In this document: positions 18,135 through 24,630 of the stretch, piece by piece
Position numbering within the stretch: the stretch's first letter is position 1
Layout of the letters: every line of letters begins with the position of its first letter
DNA from: Armatimonadota bacterium
Lineage (GTDB): Bacteria; Armatimonadota; Armatimonadia; Armatimonadales; Armatimonadaceae
Assembly (NCBI GenBank): GCA_043754515.1
Contig: JAYUUO010000265.1
Location: forward strand, 1-24,630
Length of the DNA: 24,630 bases
Reading direction: 5' to 3'
Made by a program: the position numbers and the translations under genes
The notes under the pieces: generated by a model
What the model saw: the letters and a program-made list of their open reading frames with translations, nothing else
What the model was told of the DNA's origin: nothing
The model's database searches: none

Positions 18135-18142
18135 GACCGCGT

Positions 18143-18970
18143 TTAGCCGGTCACACCGTCACCCGCGCGATACAGGAGCGGGTTCCGGACGCCATCGGCT
18201 TTCTCGCCCGGCTTGCGGTCTGGGAACCAACCCGCCAGGTCGCCCTCGCGTTGCGGCGAGTCGGGCGTGGTGATCGTCGCGCCGTCCTCGACATAGATGA
18301 TCGTCATCACCTCGCGGGTGGTCTGCGACTGGTTACCCGGTGCGCCGTGGATCGTCCAGCCGTTGTGGAACGTCGCGTCGCCCGCCCGCATCGCCCCCGC
18401 CGCCTCAATGGGGAAGCGGTTTTCCTCCACCAACCCTTCGAGCGTTTTCTCCGACTCGTCGGAGATGTTTAACGGCCCGAGGTAGCCGAGTGCCTGGGAG
18501 CCGGAGGCGAAGCGCATCGTGCCCATTTCGGTGCTGGCGTCCACGAGCGGCATCCACATCGTTACGCACTTCGCGCCGTCGAGGGGCCAGTACTGCTGAT
18601 CCTGGTGCCACGGGGTGTAGCCGCCACCGGCCTCCTTGTACAACGCCTGATCGTGGTACATGCGAACCCCCTTTACCCCCATCAGTTCGGCGGCGACGCG
18701 GGCGAAGCGGCGGGCGAGACTGAACGCGCGGGCGCGTTCGTCCTTCTCCCACAGGTTCCCGACCTGGATAAACGCTTTGCCGTAGGTATCGCGTTCGGCA
18801 AGCGGTTTGGTGTTCCGGTTGTGCGCCATCGTCACCTCGCTGAGTATCGGGCGGAATGTGGCAATCACCTCGGGGGGAGCCACTTGTCGGAGGAGTACCC
18901 ATCCCCTGGTCTGAAAGTGTGTCACCTGCTCGGGTGCGAGAGCATAATCGGCGGAAAGGTTATCGGTCAT
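18143..18970 (-). CDS. Phytanoyl-CoA dioxygenase (PhyH) family Fe(II)/2OG dioxygenase
   Basis: MYHDQALYKE.GG..TPWHQD..YWP, WMPL.D...EMG.MRF..GS, GDATFH.GWTIHGA. RBS AAGGA. Confidence 0.92.
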   Translation of the reverse strand: MTDNLSADYALAPEQVTHFQTRGWVLLRQVAPPEVIATFRPILSEVTMAHNRNTKPLAERDTYGKAFIQVGNLWEKDERARAFSLARRFARVAAELMGVKGVRMYHDQALYKEAGGGYTPWHQDQQYWPLDGAKCVTMWMPLVDASTEMGTMRFASGSQALGYLGPLNISDESEKTLEGLVEENRFPIEAAGAMRAGDATFHNGWTIHGAPGNQSQTTREVMTIIYVEDGATITTPDSPQREGDLAGWFPDRKPGEKADGVRNPLLYRAGDGVTG

Positions 18971-19158
18971 AGTAGTTTCCTTCGGGTCGGATTGCGTTCA
19001 TTGTATCGAAACACCACGGTTGTTACCAGTAGTGTTTTGTACTGTTCAGATACGCCCGAAATATTATCCCCCAATTTCCCCGATCTCTTGTAGATTCGGC
19101 ACGGAAATTGCGCATAATGGGGCGGGTCGCGGCGAAAGCACCGTGCCCCTCATCACCC

Positions 19159-20610
19159 ATGGTAAATGCCACCCGCACCTCGATAGTTCTAAAACCCAAT
19201 AACGCCCGCGTCCTGTTCCGCCCGTTCCAATTCGGCGAAACGAACCGTTACTTAAAGATAATCGCCCGCATCCTGTCGCTCCCCGAGCGCGAAGTGGCGA
19301 GACAGACCGAAACCGTTCTCGCCGACTTCAAGGGTCGGCACCAGCGGCTCGGCCAGTATTTTTTGCGCCGCTATGAACAGGTCAAGGAGTATTTGCCCGT
19401 CGCGGAGTCCGAGGTCACCGCCGCGCGGCGCGTGCTGATCGGCGCGTACTTCACGCTGGAATACTCGCTGGAATCGGCGGCGTTGTTCAACCCGTCTATC
19501 GTGCCGCACCCGGATCAGAGCGGAGTCGCGGAAGGTGGTTTACGCTTCGTGCTGTCTTTACGCGCTGTCGGCGAAGGGCACATATCCTCGATCACGTTCG
19601 GCACGGGGACGATTGACGCGGCGAACAATATTACGATAGACGAGGACTCGCCTTTCGTGACGGCACCGGAATTCGTACCCAACTCCATCTACGAAAAGCC
19701 ACTCTTCGAGCAGAAGTTGTCGGAGATGGATCGGCATGACGATATCGCGAAATCGGTGATGGACGCCCTGGACGCCACGTTCACGCTGGATCAACTCAAG
19801 GCGACTGTTGAACTGGTCAAGCGTCAGCAACGCACCAAAGCCGACGAAGTCGCCCGCGCCGCGCATGACATCATCGCGCTCGCGCAGGCGAACTACGAGA
19901 TGGAGTACGACGCGGACACCGACATCACCGAGCGCGTTATCTTCCCCTACGCGCCGCACGAGGCGAACGGGATCGAGGACGCCCGGTTCGTCCGGTTCGT
20001 CGGGGACGATGGCAACGTCACTTACTACGCGACGTACACGGCGTATGACGGCAAAGCGATCTTCCCACAGATTCTGGAGACGGGAGACTTCCGCCATTTC
20101 AAGATCGCCACTCTAAACGGGCCGGAGGTGCAGAACAAGGGCATGGCGTTGTTCCCGCGCAAGATAAACGGAAACTATGCGATGATCTCCCGACAGGACG
20201 GCGAAAACGTCTACATAATGTTTAGCGAGCAACTCCACTTCTGGTACACGAAGCAACTCCTGTTAAAGCCGACGTACCCCTGGGAGTTCGTGCAACTCGG
20301 CAACTGCGGATCGCCGATTGAGACGGACGAGGGGTGGCTGCTCCTGACCCACGGCGTCGGGGCGATGCGCAAATACTGCATCGGCGCGGCGTTGCTGGAT
20401 AAGAACGACCCCACGAAAGTGATCGGGCGTGTCAAGGAGCCAATACTAACTCCTATCGCGAACGAGCGTGAGGGCTACGTCCCGAACGTGGTCTATTCGT
20501 GCGGGGCACTGGTCCACAACGGTATGCTGATTCTTCCGTATGCGATGAGCGACTACGCGAGCAGTTTTGCTTTGCTCCCGATGGACGAGTTGATGAAGAA
20601 CATGTCGTAG
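19159..20610 (+). CDS. Glycoside hydrolase family 130 protein (long form)
   Basis: EYSLESAALFNPSIVPHPDQ, LRAVGEGHISS, NGIEDARF, YYATYTAYDG, NKGMALFP, GNCGSPIET, REGYVPNVVYSCG. Confidence 0.9.
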   Translation: MVNATRTSIVLKPNNARVLFRPFQFGETNRYLKIIARILSLPEREVARQTETVLADFKGRHQRLGQYFLRRYEQVKEYLPVAESEVTAARRVLIGAYFTLEYSLESAALFNPSIVPHPDQSGVAEGGLRFVLSLRAVGEGHISSITFGTGTIDAANNITIDEDSPFVTAPEFVPNSIYEKPLFEQKLSEMDRHDDIAKSVMDALDATFTLDQLKATVELVKRQQRTKADEVARAAHDIIALAQANYEMEYDADTDITERVIFPYAPHEANGIEDARFVRFVGDDGNVTYYATYTAYDGKAIFPQILETGDFRHFKIATLNGPEVQNKGMALFPRKINGNYAMISRQDGENVYIMFSEQLHFWYTKQLLLKPTYPWEFVQLGNCGSPIETDEGWLLLTHGVGAMRKYCIGAALLDKNDPTKVIGRVKEPILTPIANEREGYVPNVVYSCGALVHNGMLILPYAMSDYASSFALLPMDELMKNMS

Positions 20611-20721
20611 GGGATGTACGCCCTTACGGGATCGCGGGGCGGCCCGTGGGTAGTGCCCTGCCGCGGTTGCTGACCCTGTGTCGCTGATAACGATTGCCGC
20701 CAAAACGCCGATCCCGCCGCG

Positions 20722-20750
20722 TTGAAAGCCGTACCGCCGTCGGATAACAT
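20722..20750 (+). promoter_or_regulatory. Sigma70-type promoter of pdxS
   Basis: TTGAAA, 17 nt, TAACAT. Confidence 0.55.
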
Positions 20751-20791
20751 AAGGGTCGTATATCAGCGAGTTTTAGAAAGCATTGACGAAC

Positions 20792-21769
20792 ATGGCGGAA
20801 AACGGATCGGTGACTTTGGAAATGCCCGCGAGCCTCCACACGAACGGCACGAAGACCACAAGCGGCGTCGCGAACGGGAGTGCCACCCCGCGCACATCCA
20901 CGTGGCGCAACAAAATAGGGCTTGCGGAGATGCTCAAAGGCGGCGTGATCATGGACGTCGTTAATGTCGAGCAGGCACGTATAGCGGAAGAGGCGGGCGC
21001 GGTCGCGGTGATGGCACTTGAGCGTGTCCCCGCCGATATTCGCAAGGACGGCGGCGTCGCCCGTATGAGCGACCCGCGCATGATCCGCGAGATCATGGAC
21101 GCGGTGACGATCCCAGTGATGGCGAAGTGCCGCATCGGACACATCGTCGAGGCGCGTATTCTGGAAGCGATGGGCGTTGATTTTATTGACGAGTCAGAGG
21201 TGCTAACACCTGCGGACGAGGCATACCACCTCGACAAGTTGCAGTACAAGGTGCCGTTCGTGAACGGGTGCAAAGACATCGGCGAGGCGTTGCGACGCAT
21301 CGGCGAGGGTGCCGCGCTCATCCGCACGAAGGGCGAGGCGGGCACGGGTAACGTCGTTGAGGCGGTGCGGCACATGCGTGCGCTTATGGGCGGAATCCGC
21401 AAGATCCGCAACATGGACGAGGCCGAACTGATGACGGAGGCGAAGAACCTGCAAGCCCCGTATGAACTCGTGCGCTACGTCGCGGAGAACGGAAAACTGC
21501 CGGTGCCGAACTTCTCGGCGGGCGGCGTCGCGACCCCGGCGGACGCGGCGTTGATGATGCAACTCGGCGCGGAAACGGTGTTCGTCGGCTCCGGTATCTT
21601 CAAGTCGGGCGACCCAGCCGAGCGCGCAAAGCGGATGGTGGACGCGGTGACGTATTACAACGACTTCGACCGCCTGATCACGATCTCGGAGAATCTGGGC
21701 GAGGCGATGGTGGGCATTGACATACGCCAACTCGACGACCGGGACAAGATGGCCAATCGCGGCTGGTAG
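20792..21769 (+). CDS. pdxS: Pyridoxal 5'-phosphate synthase, lyase subunit
   Basis: [69 protein letters not shown] end. Exact start uncertain (20783, 20792 or 20822). Confidence 0.96.
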   Translation: MAENGSVTLEMPASLHTNGTKTTSGVANGSATPRTSTWRNKIGLAEMLKGGVIMDVVNVEQARIAEEAGAVAVMALERVPADIRKDGGVARMSDPRMIREIMDAVTIPVMAKCRIGHIVEARILEAMGVDFIDESEVLTPADEAYHLDKLQYKVPFVNGCKDIGEALRRIGEGAALIRTKGEAGTGNVVEAVRHMRALMGGIRKIRNMDEAELMTEAKNLQAPYELVRYVAENGKLPVPNFSAGGVATPADAALMMQLGAETVFVGSGIFKSGDPAERAKRMVDAVTYYNDFDRLITISENLGEAMVGIDIRQLDDRDKMANRGW

Positions 21770-21879
21770 TTTGTGGATGATCGGAGGCCTCGCGATGGGG
21801 TATTCGTCGCGGGGCGTTCGTGCCCGCCGTATAATTCGATTTGCACGGCATCGTGATAAGGAAAGCGGTTATTTCGGGC

Positions 21880-21907
21880 TTGAAAACGACTCTGACCGTG
21901 GTATAAT
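21880..21907 (+). promoter_or_regulatory. Strong sigma70 promoter for tRNA-Lys
   Basis: TTGAAA, 16 nt, extended -10 TG-G-TATAAT. A second TATAAT lies at 21830-21835. Confidence 0.75.
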
Positions 21908-21992
21908 CAACCTCGGTACGGGGTCGGGCGAGGCGCGGCAGCATCGCCGGGCTAAGCATCCCACGGGAACGACGACCGTGAGCGGTTTGTGC

Positions 21993-22064
21993 GGGTAGGT
22001 AGCTCAGCGGTAGAGCAGTGCCCTTTTAAGGCATTGGTCGTGGGTTCGAATCCCACCCCACCCA
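21993..22064 (+). tRNA. tRNA-Lys (anticodon UUU), CCA not encoded
   Basis: Acceptor GGGTAGG/CCCACCC, D-arm GCTC-AGCGGTA-GAGC, anticodon loop CTTTTAA, T-arm GTGGG-TTCGAAT-CCCAC, discriminator A. Confidence 0.95.
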
Positions 22065-22065
22065 T

Positions 22066-22395
22066 TCGGCAAAGTCATTTTGCCTGTCGCCTCCACTTCA
22101 ACACACAAGATGATAGAAGCGGCTCACAACTGCTGGCATCATCTTTAGCGAATCATGGCTGGAACCCGAGTTGCTTCCGGCATTTTGAGTCCGCGCGGGC
22201 CGCCACTTAACGCGCATGGCCGCACCCCGTCCGAAAGCATCCCGACCGCCCCCGGAAAATCGCGCGGAACCAACGTTGCCGAAGTTCTTGCCGAGATTGC
22301 CGTCCGCGTCCAGCAAGAGTGCTACGGCGCGGACAGCCGCCACGAGTAAGACAGGCGAAGCGAGGCCGAGAAATCGGCAAAATACTTTTGCCTGT
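22066..22395. repeat. Two 22-bp palindromic direct repeats (22066-22087, 22374-22395), core GGCAAA-N5-TTTGCC
   Basis: TCGGCAAAgtcaTTTTGCCTGT and TCGGCAAAatacTTTTGCCTGT are identical at 19/22 positions. Confidence 0.75.
22216..22343 (-). pseudogene. Possible fragment of a delta-60-repeat (beta-propeller) gene
   Basis: ALLLDADGNLGKNFGNVGSARF resembles the L.ADG.LD.SFG.GG delta-60 unit. Single unit, no clear start. Confidence 0.3.
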
Positions 22396-22478
22396 GCTTG
22401 TTTTGCCGATCTGTCCGCGACAAATGCGACATTTTCGCCGGATCAACGCGATCTGTTACGAGTGAAAGGAACGAAACC

Positions 22479-22703
22479 ATGCCGACACTGACGATTGATC
22501 TGCCAGAGACGGCTTACCGCGCCGCGCTCGCCCTGCCCGAAACGGAGCGGGTTCGCCGCGTCGCGTCCGCCCGCGAAGGCGACGAGTACGACGATCCGAC
22601 CCTGCCCGATTACGACCGCCCGACGGATGAAGCCGACCTCGAAGCCATAGCGCGGGGCGAGACGATACCCGGCGACGTGGCTTTCGCCCAACTCATGAAA
22701 TAG
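22479..22703 (+). CDS. Putative type II antitoxin (74 aa, acidic), possibly degenerate
   Basis: RBS GAAAGGA, MPTLTIDLPE start, acidic core, DLEAIARG-ETIPGDVAF tail typical of ParE/RelE-partner antitoxins. It lies upstream of a toxin-like ORF. Confidence 0.6.
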   Translation: MPTLTIDLPETAYRAALALPETERVRRVASAREGDEYDDPTLPDYDRPTDEADLEAIARGETIPGDVAFAQLMK

Positions 22704-22801
22704 GCGCGGTCAAGAAAACCGCCCGAACGGCCAAAAGCGACTTTTGACGACCTAGCGAAACTTGTTTCGCCCGTGGAAGCGGTTTCTCTGAACGGGCTTA
22801 A

Positions 22802-23225
22802 ATGACACCCGCCCGGCCCGACGAGACTTCGTTTCCGCCTCTGTACCTTGACCTGTCTAAACCCGCGCTCGCCGAAGTGTCGGCGGCGGTCGAGTACGTC
22901 CGCGCCAGCAGTGACGACGCCGAACGGTTCGTGGCCCGCGTCGCGGAAGCGTTCACCGAAGCGGCGGCATGGCTCGCGCGGAAAGTCGCAGACAACGAAA
23001 GCGGCAAGCCGTTCGGCCAACCGGACGAGGCGGCTTCGATCCGCTACTCACAACCGGTGTACCGGCTCCGCGTGGAGACTGCGGCGCGGCGCGGTCGGAG
23101 CAGTCCGGCGGGGCTTTGGTGAACGCTTCCGCGACGTGGGCCGCGAACCGTTCGGCGGCGGGAGACCGGACACGATGTAGGTGGTGACGTTCCGACACAG
23201 CGCGGCGCGTCCGATAGGAGACGAC
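22802..23225 (+). pseudogene. RelE/ParE-like toxin pseudogene
   Basis: LDLSKPALAEVSAAVEYV...DDAERFVARV fits a ParE-like N-terminus. Stop at 23120-23122 falls inside an inverted insert. A C-terminal remnant PDTM*VVTFRHSAARP continues in another frame with an internal TAG at 23178-23180. Confidence 0.6.
22918..23157. repeat. 45-bp inverted repeat (22918-22962 / 23113-23157)
   Basis: 42/45 identity to the reverse complement; arms are 150 bp apart. Confidence 0.9.
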
Positions 23226-23262
23226 GGGGGCGCGGGTGGGTGCGAACATGTATCCGGAACAA

Positions 23263-23535
23263 TCACGCGGGCGTCGGCAGTTTGTGCGCGACTTGGGGCA
23301 GGGCGAAGTCAATCGCGAATTGGGTCATGATGTCGTAGTTCGTTAGCGCCGTCACTGTCGCGCCATAGTGGAGGCGATGCACCGGGGCGTCCGGCTCCGT
23401 CGCGGGGAACGCGAGTTCCGCGCCGTTGGGATGGACGAAGCGCGTCCCGCCGGACGGAAGCGGTCTCGCCACAAAGCCATGCGTCCGGATCATGCCGTAA
23501 AGCACGTCGTAGTGAGGCCAGTCAATAGTTCTCAT
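23263..23535 (-). CDS. Small protein with a HicA-like pattern
   Basis: Helix then HGFVAR...GGTRFVHPNGAELAFP. ATG directly follows the upstream TAA (TAAATG). The catalytic GSH His is not evident. Confidence 0.5.
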   Translation of the reverse strand: MRTIDWPHYDVLYGMIRTHGFVARPLPSGGTRFVHPNGAELAFPATEPDAPVHRLHYGATVTALTNYDIMTQFAIDFALPQVAHKLPTPA

Positions 23536-23679
23536 TTACGGGTTACCTTTCCACGCGGCGTTTTCGGCGACGAAACGATTGCTCGTGTACCCGGTGAGGA
23601 GGAACGCCTTTTCGGCGTGATTGACGGACAGGTCGGCGATGACAAGCTCGCGGGTAGGTTGCTTATACAAAGGTTTCGC
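23536..23679 (-). pseudogene. Truncated DUF4365-like (PD-(D/E)xK) gene remnant
   Basis: Reads AKPLYKQPTRELVIADLSVNHAEKAFLLTGYTSNRFVAENAAWKGNP*. The TRE.xIADLSVNH.E..FL..GY N-terminus resembles DUF4365-type proteins as I recall them, but the nuclease core is missing. Confidence 0.55.
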
Positions 23680-23867
23680 GCCCGCATTGTATCGCAAAGC
23701 GGAACGGCGCGAAGCCGGTTCTCGCGCTCGCTACGCCGACGCATTACGTGCGGCGCCGACCAAGGAAAACTGCGTTGGTATCGCGCCTCTCATTCAAAAG
23801 CAGGAGCAACGTCGCTCTCCGTCGAACACTGACCGCGTAATTCCACCCCGACGAAGGTTACTCCATC

Positions 23868-24630
23868 ATGCCGTTTTTAGGACTCGATACCGGGACGTCC
23901 GGCACCAAAGCCATTCTCATTGACGAAAACGGGCGCACGCTCGCGACACATACCCACGAGTACGCGCTTTCCACGCCGAAGCCACTCTGGGCGGAACAGC
24001 ACCCGGACACCGATTGGTGGAACGCCGCACAAGATTCCATTCGGGCGGTGCTCGCGAAAGCGGGCATCACCGGAGCGGAGGTCAGCGGCGTCGGCTTGAC
24101 CGGGCAGATGCACGGGTCGGTATTTCTGGACCGCGAAGGCAATGTTTTGCGACCCGCGCTACTCTGGTGCGACGCGCGAACCGGCGCGGAGTGTGCCGAG
24201 ATCACCGAGGCTATCGGAGGCGAGGAGAAATTGTTCGCGGCGATAGGCCAGCCCGTGTTTACGTCCTTCACGGCACCGAAGATACTCTGGGTGCGCAAAC
24301 ACGAGCCGCACATCTACGAAAAAGTGGCGAAGGTGCTGCTCCCAAAGGACTACATCCGCTACAAATTAACCGGCGAGTTCGCCACCGAAGTGTCGGACGC
24401 GTCGGGAACGTCGTTGCTCGATGTCCGCGCCCGCTCATGGTCGCCCGCGATGCTGTCCGCGCTACAAATCCCGCCCGACTTTCTGCCGCCCGTTTACGAA
24501 TCCCCGGAGATTTCGGGCGTGATCACCCCGACCGCCGCCGCGTTAACTGGGCTGGTGGCGGGAACGCCAGTGGCGGGCGGCGGGGGCGATCAGGCGGCGG
24601 GCGCGGTGGGTTGCGGGATCGTGGAGGCGG
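23868..24630 (+). CDS. xylB: Xylulokinase (FGGY family), 5' part, runs off the window
   Basis: MPFLGLDTGTSGTKA, WAEQHP..WW, GLTGQMHGSV.LD, RPALLWCD.RT, FTAPKILWVR.HEP, LLPKDYIRY.LTG, SDASGT, GGGDQAAGAVG.G. Confidence 0.92.
   Translation, partial: MPFLGLDTGTSGTKAILIDENGRTLATHTHEYALSTPKPLWAEQHPDTDWWNAAQDSIRAVLAKAGITGAEVSGVGLTGQMHGSVFLDREGNVLRPALLWCDARTGAECAEITEAIGGEEKLFAAIGQPVFTSFTAPKILWVRKHEPHIYEKVAKVLLPKDYIRYKLTGEFATEVSDASGTSLLDVRARSWSPAMLSALQIPPDFLPPVYESPEISGVITPTAAALTGLVAGTPVAGGGGDQAAGAVGCGIVEA

Noticed and set aside
21989..22210. 73-aa ORF
   Set aside because: It overlaps the tRNA-Lys gene.
22065..23860. Intact integrative element or IS
   Set aside because: No integrase or transposase and no attR copy of the tRNA 3' end. 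The 45-bp inverted repeat encloses toxin coding sequence, not a transposase.

Overview
GC-rich bacterial chromosomal segment. The lineage is not determinable with certainty; gene families and promoter style suggest a Terrabacteria member such as Armatimonadota (inference). Most of the window is scattered housekeeping or metabolic genes: Fe-ADH 3' end, Uma2 nuclease, glpD-like, cupin, Man-1-P guanylyltransferase/PMM-like fusion, stand-alone NurA, clpS, AcpH-like, GT2, metallophosphoesterase, BtuF-like, queE, GNAT, CoA-binding protein, proS, PhyH dioxygenase, GH130, pdxS, tRNA-Lys(UUU) and the 5' part of xylB. The least ordinary parts are: (i) a ~1.7-kb decayed accessory patch after tRNA-Lys, with a putative antitoxin, a RelE/ParE-like toxin interrupted by a 45-bp inverted copy of its own 5' region, a truncated DUF4365-like gene with a HicA-like partner, and repeated GGCAAA-N5-TTTGCC palindromes; (ii) a Pro-rich 23-codon uORF whose stop overlaps the proS start; (iii) a 510-bp unexplained region after proS with a minus-strand terminator; (iv) many apparently leaderless genes and three SigH-like promoters. 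No complete novel system can be demonstrated from sequence alone; all family calls rest on motif recognition without database searches.
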